Source: Chrysomallon squamiferum
Lineage: Eukaryota; Animalia; Mollusca
NCBI GenBank assembly: GCA_012295275.1
Contig: CM022665.1
Location: 10,292,001-10,356,000, forward strand
DNA: 64,000 nt
Reading direction: 5' to 3'
A model generated the notes under the pieces. The model ran no database searches. It saw only the letters and a program-made list of their open reading frames with translations, and was not told the DNA's origin. This document shows, piece after piece, positions 42,312-55,691 of the stretch. Every line of letters starts with the position of its first letter. Position 1 is the stretch's first letter. Made by a program: the position numbers and the translations under genes.

Positions 42312-42500
42312 AAGTATTTCAAAAGATAAGAAATAAAACCCTGCTGCCACTTTATACGTTGTTGTAACATACTCTACAGTTTACCAAAGACATACCAGTA
42401 CAAACCATGGCTTAAAATAAATCAGGTATTTCAACTGAGCAACAAGCGGAATTGAACCTATGACCCAACACGCTTCAGATTAGTTTACTAAGTCAAATAT
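42170..42500 (-). mobile_element. Degenerate core SINE interrupted by (ATT)n(AGT)n
   Basis: TTTTAACGATACATCAGCAC...TATTGGATGGCAAGCATACGGTTATT...GAAATAAAACCCTGCTGCCAC...GAATTGAACCTATGACCCA. Confidence 0.45.
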
Positions 42501-42527
42501 TTCACAGAAACCTAATAAATTAAAAAA

Positions 42528-42572
<45 letters not shown>

Positions 42573-42643
42573 AAATGTTTAATAAAAGATAATGAATTTC
42601 TTAATCATCATTTATAAATGATAACAACAACAACAACAACAAC

Positions 42644-42678
<35 letters not shown>

Positions 42679-43077
42679 ACAAATTATATATAATTTACCA
42701 GTTTTCGGAATAAACAAAACAATTTTTTGTTTTGCTATCATTTTGCTCGTCACGACCGTTAATTCAAGCACTATTACAGTTACCTAACACACCGATCATC
42801 CTGTTTGTAAAAGTAATCAGAACGACACGTAGACAAATCAACACACTGATAAAGAATTCCCAGAGGGTCACCGAATCGCAGTTAGTAATCAAAAAATCCA
42901 TTAGCTTATAGCACGGTTTGACGCATCCCGGCCCCAGAGGCAGTGAGGGTGGGGTCAGACGTAAACATTATCTTGTCTTTGTGTGTACAGATCATGGCGT
43001 GACACCTAAACAAACAAACAAACCCAAATATATGAACAAATCAAACAGGGATGTAAACGAATGTACTCATTAAAATA

Positions 43078-43110
<33 letters not shown>

Positions 43111-43864
43111 AAATATACATCCACGTGTATGTGTATGGGTGTGTGTCTGTATGTGTGTACGTTACATATATATGTGTATGTATATTCGTGCTTTTATGTG
43201 TATAAGTACATATATAAGCAAATACATATTTGTATACATTAATATGTGTGTGTGTGTGTGCGCATTCATACATACACAGATACACACACATACAGACACA
43301 TACGTACATACATACATACATACATGCATATATATATATATATACACACACATGAGTGTGTGTGTGTGTTGTGCGCGTGAGAGAGTAATTTGCTTTATTA
43401 TATACAACGATGTTTATACCGAAAGAGAAAGTATTTTAATGTGCTCCTAATTGCGACCAGTTCAGCGAAGACCAAGTCGCGTGTCTCGGGTGCTGTCGAT
43501 GGTGATGCTGTTCACGCAGATGTTTTAATCTGTGTTATGGTATTTGAACACGAGACCCGCTACTCTACACCACAGAAATCAGCCGATGGTCGTGTTTTTG
43601 CACAGGCGGAATGTAGTTAAGAAATACCTAACATTTTTAACACGAGCTAACGTGGAAACCAAATGATTGTCAGTTCTTCATCATCCGTGTCACTTCGTAT
43701 TTAATTACACGAGCAGGTTATATAGATAATACAGAAACTGTTGCATTGCGAAGGTGAGAGATATATGTTTAGATAGTAGCCTCGTGTTAAGGCTTATCGG
43801 TATGTCTGAGTAAGAACATGTAAGATAGCTGTTATCTGGATTAATCATTAAAGCTGAAAGTCAG

Positions 43865-44170
43865 AACAGAGTCAAAATATGGCGGCCTATTTCGTTACTA
43901 GACAAAATATGACGGCCAAAGTTTGACCTGTAGACAAAATATGGCGGATAAAGTTTGATTTCTAGACAAAACTGGGGGCCAGAGTTTGATTTCTAGACAA
44001 AATAAGGCTGTCCACTTTCTTTCTAGATATAATAATATAAATTTGTAGTTAAAATATAATGGACCGCTGTCTTTCTAGATGTAATACATTTTTCTTTCTA
44101 GATATGTAGTACTGGGGCCATTTTTATTTTAATGTTGTGAGCTTTTTACTTTCTAAACAAATATGGACCC
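43865..44170. repeat. ~32-bp period minisatellite (TAGACAAAATATGGCGGCCAAAGTTTGATTTC)
   Basis: TAGACAAAA at 43899, 43931, 43963 and 43994; TTTCTAGA remnants continue to ~44155. Confidence 0.88.
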
Positions 44171-45544
44171 TCTTTGCTTTCAAATAAAAATATTGTGATG
44201 CTCTTCACATTTAACATGGCAACTACAGGAGGACAAAGTCCAATCATGACCTCACAAACCGTGTCAGATGCCGATTTATGCATATATATATGTATGTATG
44301 TATGATGTATGTATATATGTGATGTATGTTTGCATGTATGCATATATGAATGCATGTATACTTTTGTGTGTATGTACGTATGTCAGTAAACACACAGTAT
44401 ATAATGTTAAGGATGTATTTATCTCTGTCTTATCTACATACACTTATTTGCTTATGTTTGTGCATGTTTTCGGTGAAGGCAAGCAAACAAAAGGTATTGG
44501 TATGTATTGTGATAATGTATTTTACAAGATCACGTTCCGCTGTGAGTGATTTACTTAGATAACAAATTTCCCATCACTGACTGACACTTACTACTACAGT
44601 TTCCAATCAGACAGATGTATTTCTGAGTCAGGTCCAGACAGGATCGCTGGATGCCGCGAAATACTTGAAGTGATATTATGAAATATTTTGCTGTTACGTG
44701 CGCATAAACACTGACATCCATTAGTCTCAGATATACACTCAGCAAATATACGCATGTACATACATTAATATATATACGAGTGTGTGTGTGTGAGTGAGTG
44801 TTTGTGTCTAAGTGTTTATGTATATGCTTGTATATATATGTGTATATGCTTGTATATATATATATATATATATATACATACATACATGCACTGACACGCA
44901 TACATACATACATGCACACATACCCTCACATATACACATACACATGTATATGGACTCACATACACATATATACACATACATACTGAAAATATAGATGTAA
45001 AGGTCTACTGTTTAGGTCGTCAGTCTGTTTATTTTAAATATATATCGATTTAGCGTCATAACGTACTTAAATCTTCGTTCACGTGTACTTTGCACTGGGT
45101 ACACTGACAAAATAGTGATTCCTTTGGTAACTAAGCTTAATTATGCACGTATTTATTAAACTCACTTTTTTGATTTGAGCACTAAATGTTTTAATATGAA
45201 AACTAAATAAAGAAAGTCTCTGACAAATTATATTCAGTGATTGCAGATTAGTGAAAATAATCTCTGTATTTATAAACTAATACGTTATTTAGTGGAACGA
45301 CTATTTGCGTAAGAAGGTTAATTAACAGTTGTTCGAAGAAATGAATTTAATATTTGGTTAACCCCAACACACCTAACTTAATTAACGATTTATAAATGGA
45401 CAGACCTGTTACTTAGTATAGAAAGTAATCACTCTACTTCTTTCTCAAGTATCGCAAATATCTTAACAATGAAACAAAGATATTTTTGTAAATATTAAAC
45501 TGTAATGGATACATTTTTAAAGTTAACAGATTTTGCTAAATTCG

Positions 45545-46010
45545 TATTGATTAGTAGCACAAAAAAATGTTTTTATTTGCACCTTCCCACAAACAGGGAA
45601 ATATATGTCATAGTTTTCGTTTCATAAACTATACAGTGTATGGTAATATAATGTGAAAAGTAAAACTGATGGAGATAAAATATGATTAGACATTTTATCA
45701 AAGAATGAATGGATAGGTTAATCATATAGACCATCTCCGTAAATATTTTTATATTAATATTTATTATGTACAAGGCTAGCGTTTTACAATATTATTCTAG
45801 TTTTTTTTGTATTTTTTTAATAAATATTTTTATAAATATTACAGAGCAGTAGTTAGAAAGGGAAAAGTGCAGTGAACACACATAGGATTAATTCAATGAC
45901 TCATTACTTATCAAGTTTAAAATACTGTTCTTTACTGCCAAATGTACATTTGTTTTTAAATAATACAGAGCGATGGTTAGAATAGGAAATGGACTGGTAC
46001 ACACTCAGCA
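45545..46010 (-). mobile_element. Cluster of highly decayed SINE fragments
   Basis: GATTAGTAGCAC...TTTTTATTTGCACCTTCCCACAAACAGGGA matches the core at 20991-21040; two similar ACAGAGC...GTTAGAA..GGAAA segments at ~45841 and ~45965. Confidence 0.4.
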
Positions 46011-46298
46011 AAGCAAATGTTATATTTATTGGAGGCAACAAAATCAGAAACGTTGATTGCAAAACCAATTAGTTATGTTACAAATAACAGGGTGCTGACC
46101 GCTTTCATATCATGTCATTGATTCTCCTGTAACGTTTTGCTATGAACTGGCATCTGAATTCTTTTTCTTTACAAAGGAAAAACAAAACAAAGAAAAGCAG
46201 ACTGTCGTTCAACTCGTCATTGATTAACATTACCTCACTCCACCTATAATAATGCATTATCGTATCACAAGGTTCGCTGACATAAATTTGAAATAAAG

Positions 46299-46333
<35 letters not shown>

Positions 46334-47149
46334 AGCGTTTGCTGAAATTGTTTCCGCGTATCCTAGATACATATCACAAATGTTTATCATCGTCATGACA
46401 ACAAGCAGATACAAATACGCATCTTACTTATTGGAAATAAAGGCAAATCCGCTAGCCGGATCTAACATCGCTTTGTTCATAAATTCAGTAATTCCGTCCA
46501 CCCGTTCTCTCGTAATTACGATCAGCTTCGCGTCGGTCGTAAGTATACGCGAAACGTTCTGGATGTGACATTTCTCTCATGCAGTATTGATAGGCGAGAT
46601 TGGTCGAAGCCATTAATGATGCATTCGTTATTCCTACTATTTAAAAGGGCAAGCACAGTGAGTTATTAATATTACTGCCTTGACATCATTAGTACACTTA
46701 ACACTGATGGCTTCATGCCAGCATTGTGTCGGCTAAGACGTGTTGGGTTCCACAGAACACGACTTCGCTCTAACGCCAACATAATCGAGATGACATACAG
46801 TGGTACAGACTGTGGACTTGTGTCTGATAGATAGATACTCTATAAACAATAGGTCTGCGTAAATGTTTTCATTTCGCTTTTTTTTTCTTCTCAACAACAT
46901 AAATAACAATCAATGATTGTAGATGTGTTTAACAAATTGTGTTTGATTGTTTATGTAAATGTTTGTGTGTACATATTTAAATAAATAGATAAAACATAAG
47001 ACGTAGATGGATAGACAGAGGGGCTGGAGGAAAAGTGTGAATAAGAAAAAAATAATGCGTGAAAGAGTGAGAGAAAAGGAAAATAAGAAAGACAGATGAG
47101 AGTGAGATTTCTGCTGATCACGCTTGAAATATCTGTATAATTTTGTGAA

Positions 47150-47269
<120 letters not shown>

Positions 47270-49099
47270 CGAATGGCGGATACACAGGAGGAAGAAAGTT
47301 ACTGCGAGACAGAGAGAAATAATGTCAGAAGGAAATAAACAGAGAAAGAAAGAAAAACACGACGAACTCTCAAATTCTGATCTTATTGAATTCTTTCTTG
47401 CCGATTTAATGAGATTCCTACTGCGATTATAAATATTGAATTCTTCATCTTCTATTTCATCAATTCAATTCCGCTAACACGAAACACTGCCATTTATTCC
47501 GTTCATTCCAACACGGAAGACTTTTATCAAGAAAATTCTATTGTCATCTTTGTCGTAAAACAAAATTAATTAATTAGGAATAAAGGATTGATTAAAGTAA
47601 AAGTGGAAGAGGAGTATACCTCCTGCTGTCAGTGATCAATATATTATTACCTTTTTTTTTTCCTTATTTAATACCTGTAATGTTGTGTGGGTTTTTTGTG
47701 TTTTTTGGTTTTTTTTTTTTTTTTTTTGTACTCTCATAGAATTACATATTCAATGAAAATTAATATTTTAAAAACTACTTCTGAAAATTAATGGAGCCCA
47801 AATGTTTTCATACCGGCAAACCTGACGATATTGGGCATTCATTATAAACGTCATGGATCCGAATATGGTAAATTTGACTTTTTAATTTGCCGGTTTATGA
47901 TAAACTCTTATCTTGATGTAGCCCACTTGTTCCACCTTATAAGCTACATAGATATAATTAACTGTTCAAAAGAGATAGTCGCAAAATTGAACACAAATTA
48001 TCGTCTAAATTGTGGTTTGGGGACATCTAAGAAAATACCTAAGGCAGCTGATCGAGGTTACCTACGAAATTACGTTTTCCTAAACTCAGCAAAGAAATAA
48101 CTTGTTCTTACTCACAAGGACGCATGCACGCACAGACACACACACACACACTTTAAAATAGTTCGTTGTCTAAACGAGGTATCATTTGGGTACATCACAA
48201 TCAAAACAAACACATTAAAAAACACTAAGTGTGAAATAAAGTCTGTAATTGCAACAGTTGAACCCGCTATTAACCTTGCCGTCAGGTAATGTACGAGGGG
48301 AAACAAACAACATTAACTTGCAGTGCGAATCGATAACAATACTTATTAATCCCATTAGCTCTTGTTTAATAAATACACTGATCCAGGGGGGATCAACTCA
48401 TGACAGTGATCCTATTGTCCGAAGAATGTTTGCTGTCCATGTGGATACACAGAAATATCTACCTAATGTCGCTATTGATTTAATGGTGTCCGTTGTCAAT
48501 CGGCTTTGGCGGGAAGCTCGAGACGAGATCTGACGAGAACAGACGAACTGATACTTTCATCCAATACCGCCATTCGACTGAAAACCAGTCAAGACAATTC
48601 ACTGGCTATGTAACAAGAAAGGCGGCAAAGTCAAGACAAAACAAGTCTGAAGATTTTATTGAAAGATTAACAATAGACGGAGGATAAAAATAAAACAGTG
48701 TAAATATTAGATACAGTAATATTTTATTAACATTATGAAAAAAAAAAGAAAAAAAAAGGGGATAAGAAAACATTGTGTGTATTATTTAACCAACACGTCA
48801 ATACATATTATTGAAATAAAATATTACTGATACAAAATCAAATTAAATGAATACGTAAATCGATTTAAAAAAAAAAAAAAACAATAATAAATAATAATAA
48901 TAACTTTGGCGTTATGTATGCGCCTCAATCACTCTGTTTCCTCATCGAGTCTCTCTCTCGTTCTATCTGTCTTTAATTTTCTTCACTTTTCTTTTCTAAA
49001 ATCCAGATTTAACTTTTGTGTAATTTCTCATTTTATATCTATTTTTAAACCTTTCATTTTCCCGTTACTAATTAGTAATCCAATTAATACATTACCCGA

Positions 49100-49143
<44 letters not shown>

Positions 49144-49968
49144 GATGATGAAACAGTTTTAGAATGTAATTTAGACGATTTTGTAATTTTCTTTTTATCA
49201 GTTTACCATGACCAGTGTTGTGTCTTATAATTATTGCCATGACGTTACAAATCAATTCGTTGTACTTAATTTTCCATACACGCCAATAACGAATAGTTAA
49301 CTTAAAGTAGCTATCTTTATAACAGACATTGTAATATAATCATCAATAATCTTTGTATATGTTGAGTAAAAAAAAAATCTATAAAAAACATTTATTTTTT
49401 GTGAACTCATGTAATGTCAGTGAAAATGGGTTTCATTTAATTTATAAATATTATTGTAAACTGTATTCACTATAATAATAATATTGCGTTTAAGTGCAAA
49501 AAATAATAATGAGGAAATAGCATTCAAAAAAAAAAAAAAAAAAGTCTCGGCTTTATATGTAATAAAAGAATTTATTTTACATAAATTTCCAGAGTCCATT
49601 AACTTTTGATTAGCACTGAGTTCATTCTTATAAGTGCAAGGATAATTCTAGAAATTACATACATCATTATGTAAAACAAATGTAAATATAAATATACACA
49701 AATCAGATATATAAATAATCATAGATACACACGCACATATACATATAGAAACATACATATGTATTGTGCACAGATACCCACATACACACAGTCAGCCCAT
49801 GTACACAGACATGCAAACCTATCCATACAGTATATACATATGCACATAATTATGCTTTCATACTTATATAGATCTACACGCATATCAGTTACGTTTATCT
49901 CTGTATGTTAATAAAGGTTCATTCATACATAATACACTCTCATAATACATAATGGAGGCCTCCTTATA

Positions 49969-50182
<214 letters not shown>

Positions 50183-50559
50183 ACATGTATGTAAACCTGT
50201 TTATGCAGGTCTATATATCTATAATATATCATTCGTATGCACACATAAAAAATATTGTAGCAGGCTTTCCTGTGATTAATAATTATGCCAGGAAGTTCAT
50301 TCGGTAATATATTATCTCCAACTCTATATTAATTAGTTTATTACAAACAACAATTTATTTATTTATTTAATTATTAAGTAATTTATTTGTATTTTATTAT
50401 GGGTAATAAATTAAGTCGCAAAATTGACATAATACAATCTTCTCATTTTTCTTAATTTGTACATTTTATTCTTGTTTATATTTACTTTTGAATCGGATCA
50501 TTTTAAGGCCGGTGTGTGTGTGGGTGGGTGGGGGGAAATATAAACAAAACAACAACAGA

Positions 50560-51010
50560 AAGATGAAAATAGCCCATCAGTGTTTATCGTCAATTTTCTT
50601 TCTCACGATGACCAGTTACTTACTGTCCATCATTATCGCAGATGTTTTACCCAGCTTTCGGTGGACGTTTTGTTGTTATTATCATTCCGATACAAAAGTG
50701 CCGAGCAGGTGAAAACGTAAGCTGAACAGTTTTCCCGCTTTTTACGCCCGTCGAGAATGAACATGTTGTTGTGTGTAAAGTTCCCACAGATTTGTATCAA
50801 TCTTTTCTTTTTTTTTTTTTTTTTTTTTTCGTCTCACCTCAGAGGTGACTAGCAAAATGACCGATATCGCACACCACCTGTTCCCAGTTTGGTCAATGGG
50901 CTTGCAGCCCGCGAAGATCCACCATCTTGATACTTCTGCAGTCAGTGAATGAACAGATCTTTTTTTGGCGCGAACGACAGGAAATTAACAGACTTGTTGT
51001 TAAGGTTTAT
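50560..51010. promoter_or_regulatory. Candidate enhancer combining Su(H)/RBPJ sites, CAGGTG E-boxes and E2F sites
   Basis: TTCTCACG at 50600, GCAGGTG at 50705, TTTCCCGC at 50731, TTCCCACA at 50781, CACCTG at 50875, TTTGGCGCGAA at 50964. Confidence 0.4.
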
Positions 51011-51128
51011 TGAACTTCGTACATGCAAGACATGGGGAATATATATTGTCTTGAATTTTTTTGATTTTTTTTGAATTTTTAAATGTGGTTTTTGCGCCAA
51101 TTTTTTTTTTCTTCAAATTTTTAAAATC

Positions 51129-51131
<3 letters not shown>

Positions 51132-51223
<92 letters not shown>
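51132..51223. repeat. (GT)n(GC)n alternating purine-pyrimidine tract (Z-DNA prone)
   Basis: ~80 bp of (GT)n ending in GCGCGCGCG. Confidence 0.95.
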
Positions 51224-51456
51224 TAAATATGTATTATACTTTGTAAAGATTTTTGTAGGGAAAAATTAATGCATGTTAATGACCTTTACATTCGGTGTTG
51301 GACTAAGTAGATACTGATTTATACTAACTGCTTTGTGTGTTTGTGAGTGAATCGTGATATGCATTCTAAATGTGACAGATAATGTTTTCGTTTGCTGATA
51401 TTCTTAACAACTAATTAAATACAGGACATCTGATATAGTTCAGCTTTTTCGTACAA

Positions 51457-51488
<32 letters not shown>

Positions 51489-51685
51489 TTAGATATACAT
51501 ATTACACATCCTTCTCCTCATCATCATTATTTTTGCTAAACGCTAATTAATTTGCTATTTTATTTTTACTTACTTAATTTTTTAATGTGTTTACGCACCC
51601 ACACACATTTGCATTCACACCACACACGCATACATATCAAATGAATTAGCTTTTAGTATTCATAACAATAACGTCATTAGAATTC

Positions 51686-51716
<31 letters not shown>

Positions 51717-52462
51717 TCAGCTTTCCATCTTTCGTGATCATGTTTTGACTAAGTATAATTTTTCCATACTTAATTACGGGTTTCTTTGGCCTGTAGAAAT
51801 TTTCCCACAGGAACAAACGATGTCGAGGCTGTGCCCCCCGATTTCCACAAAACTATCACAGAACGATAATTAGACTGCCTTCTCTTCCATTGTCGCAACA
51901 ATAAACATGCAAATAATTGCTCAATGCAGCCGTGGTCCGCTCTCCAAATTGCTACGTATCCATCTTACCTGTCAGGTGCTTGCTTTAAAGTCTACCTGAA
52001 GGCGATGATCAAAGATGCTGGGCCCAGCTTAAACGACGTCGTCCGTCCATAAATACGTATAACCACACACTGTGACCGCACTTGTTTTTATTTGAATTAC
52101 AAATCCAGGCCTGATCGCAGGACACAAAACCAATGTCTTACCTAATGTAGTAGTAATTACTGTGGCAAATTGTTTCTGGTCTCCTCGCTTTTATTTTTTT
52201 TTTTTTTTTTTTTTTTTTTTCTTGATACCTGCAGGGCACTGTTTATTGTTAGGCTTTGAAAGTGTATTGTTTTATAAATGGAGGTTAGTTAGTGCAAAAC
52301 AAACATTAAAAAACGTGTGTGTGTGTTCCCTTTCTAACTTTATGTACACATTTATACGTATGTGTGTTTTACTACGTTAACAACAAGACCAGCATGAGGC
52401 TTATTATACCTTTATATCCGTCTGTCTATCTGTCGAATGTATGAATATGTATAGGTATGATG

Positions 52463-52515
<53 letters not shown>

Positions 52516-52719
52516 GTCTGTCTGTCTGTCTGTCTGTCTATCTCTATCTCTCTTCTATTTATCTGTCTGTCTGTCTGTCTACCTATCTGTTTATCTATAT
52601 CTGTGTGTCTGTGTGTGTACGTATGCCTGATTATGGAAACGACAAATGGAAGTAAAATAAAAGAACAAGAATGAAAGTAATGATAGAAAATCACATGTAA
52701 TCACATAATTATCTTTAAT

Positions 52720-53205
52720 ACAATTATTATCATTACCAACGCGACGAGCACTGCGACATAATCGCCATCATTACCAGTACTACCAACATTTACTGTTGTC
52801 ATCACCAACACCATCTCCAGTGTTATTATCATTACATTAATAACCGTTTTCATCACCACTGCCTAAATCACGATGATCATGATGATGAATGAATACCATC
52901 ATCATCATCAGTATCATTATCATTTTCGGACAGGCATGCATGGGGATAAATAAAAGAAAAAAAAAAGAAAAAAAAGATAATAAATAAATAAAAATCAAAT
53001 GAATAAAAAACATTCATCAATATTTCCCACATAGTCATCGTCATCACCATCGTTTTCCTTGTCAAATCACCATCACATCGTCATCGACATCGCCATCATC
53101 CTCATCATCAACGCTATATTAATCACCATCGTTTTCCTTGTCAAAAACACCACCACCATCATCATCATCATCATCAACGTCTTCATTATCAAAACCACCA
53201 CCGCC
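52720..53205. repeat. Degenerate (CAT/CAC)n tract with a 24-bp internal duplication
   Basis: ATCACCATCGTTTTCCTTGTCAAA at ~53043 and ~53122. Confidence 0.85.
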
Positions 53206-53609
53206 GCGGTGTCATTCCAACCGACGCTACTGTTACTTTCATTGTGAGTGTCAGTATAGGACAGTATTAAGTACTGCAAAGGTCTGTGCCTTATGGTCCA
53301 AGTGTCAAACTTCTAGCGGTTGTTCCGACACACTGCGACCCCTGCTAACCATTGTAAAACATTTGAATGAAACCCTTGACTTCGCATTAGTTTGATTTGT
53401 TGGCTATTATAGTTACACTGCGAAATAATTCTGGGGACACCATCATTGTTTCAGAATGACACTTTTATGTTTCGAAAAGGTAATGAGAAAAGTTATTAAA
53501 AAAAAAAAAAAAAAAAAAAAAAAGAAATGTTGATACAGTTCATCGGCTTATTTAACTATAATCTTAGTTTTTGCTTTTTTATTTGTCAGCCATTGTTAAT
53601 TTCCTTTTC

Positions 53610-53728
<119 letters not shown>

Positions 53729-55129
53729 GTATACACACTCATATACACAAAAACAGAGAGAGAGAGGTTTTCTGAAATGAACAACATACAGTACATTATG
53801 GAGGATGTACTACTTTTGTTAATATATAATTACTTATGAAAATACGTACACATGTGAGTTAACATTTAGTTATAATCACTTCTGAATCTAAAACTTGCAG
53901 TAAGGTAATCGAAGCATCAGGCTGTAAGGTAAAATGATTACGTCATAACCCTCGAGGCAGTAAGATATACAGGGATGACTTCCTGATACTGACACTGCCC
54001 GAGATAAGCAGTGAAATATAAAACAGTCTGCTAAACCACTATATTCACATATTTAATTCTACCATCTTACACTGTTAAGCCGATATTTATTTTCATTCTC
54101 AGGGATCGTTACACCATTCAGTCGTTTATCTATTGTCTACCAAATCCTTAAGTCATCAGGCTTTTCCTGCTGGACGAAAAGAAAATAAAAATAAAAATAA
54201 AAATAAAAAAATAAGGTCGAAGACGGTGTTTTTTTTTGTGGTTTCTTTTTTAAAATTATTATCTCAATCTTTCCGATGCAGCGATTAACAAATGCATTGA
54301 CTCTGACAGATTGGGAAATCGTATCTTCAGCGGAGCAAGTAGGGCTGACGTAGGACGACATTTCTAACAAATTTTGTAACAAATACCGAGTTGAGAGTTT
54401 CGCCGCGCATCAGTAGATAAACAAAGTGCACCGAGTCTAGGCTGTACGTCTATAAATAATGCTTACGAAAAAACACACTGCCGTTTAGCTGGCGGTCTGT
54501 GTGTGGGTTTGCTGGTGTGTGTGTGTGTGTGTATATCACTTTTGCAGATACATTTTATATCAAATAAACATTGTCATGGATTGACTCTACAGCCGTCTGA
54601 TGTTTGGGTCCTTCAGTCAGGCTCTTTTGAGCATCATTCGTTGTATACAAGAACTTTTCAAATCTTTAATTAATTACGTTCTTCATAACAGGTTACTGTA
54701 TTCAGTCACATTAAACATTTATCAGCCCAAGATAATAACAAACATGCCAACAATGCTGCTGTGTTAACAATAAAAGAGATGCTTGTTCAGGTTTCGTTAA
54801 TATTTCATGGCAGTCATTAAGCTATTTCTACACAATAATTAAATTTAGATTGTGAATCCTAACAATGTTGTTTTGTTCTCGGCACGAAACATATTTGGTT
54901 TGTTAAGGAATTGTCTTTTTAAGCTTTATATGTATTCCTATATTTAAGCTTATGAATTTACCTACAATACACCACGTTACTGGTATGTTATTTGCGAAGA
55001 ATGCAAGGTAATAATTAGGATTATTCTATTAAAAGTTTATATATATGTGTATGTGTACAAATACACATACAGACACACACATACACACATATTTCGGTGT
55101 TTTTCTAAACGGTATAGTAAATTCTGTTG

Positions 55130-55400
55130 TCAACAAAATGTGTGAATGCAAAACAACATACGCGAGCAGGTGTGATTTTAAAACACTTTCCCGCGCAAAG
55201 TAAAACTCCCACCATTCTGGACAACTGCCTTCTGCTCTGTTCATTCTTGTAAACGAAACAGACCAGAGAGCACCTGTCCGCGGGAGCAAAGGTCGTGAGA
55301 GCCAAATACCTGAGACCGCCTTTTGATGTGGTCACCTGGTCGCTAATGAACAGCTATGATATCCATGAGATCAGGGCCGATTTGGGTCATGTGTTTTACA
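55130..55400. promoter_or_regulatory. Candidate enhancer with three CAGGTG E-boxes, a T-box and an E2F-like site
   Basis: GCAGGTG at 55166 overlapping AGGTGTGA at 55168, TTTCCCGC at 55187, CACCTG at 55271 and 55333. Confidence 0.35.
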
Positions 55401-55417
55401 TCTAGTTTTTTAGAGCG

Positions 55418-55423
<6 letters not shown>

Positions 55424-55507
<84 letters not shown>

Positions 55508-55653
55508 TAAATGCATCTATCTCCTCTCTTTTGGTCTCTATCTTTCTCTCTCCTTCTTTTTCACTCTCTTCCATTTTTGTCTCTTTTTATCGGACTTTCT
55601 CCATCTATATCTGTTTCTCTCCCTTCCTCTTTCTCTCTCACACACATATATCC

Positions 55654-55690
<37 letters not shown>
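55424..55690. repeat. (CT)n, CT-rich and (CA)n microsatellites
   Basis: Direct reading. Confidence 0.95.

Positions 55691-55691
<1 letters not shown>

Noticed and set aside
51961-52008. miR-8/200-like CATCTTACCTGTCAGGT hairpin
   Set aside because: Only ~14 interrupted base pairs, and the 3' arm is not TAATACTGTCAGGTAAAGATG
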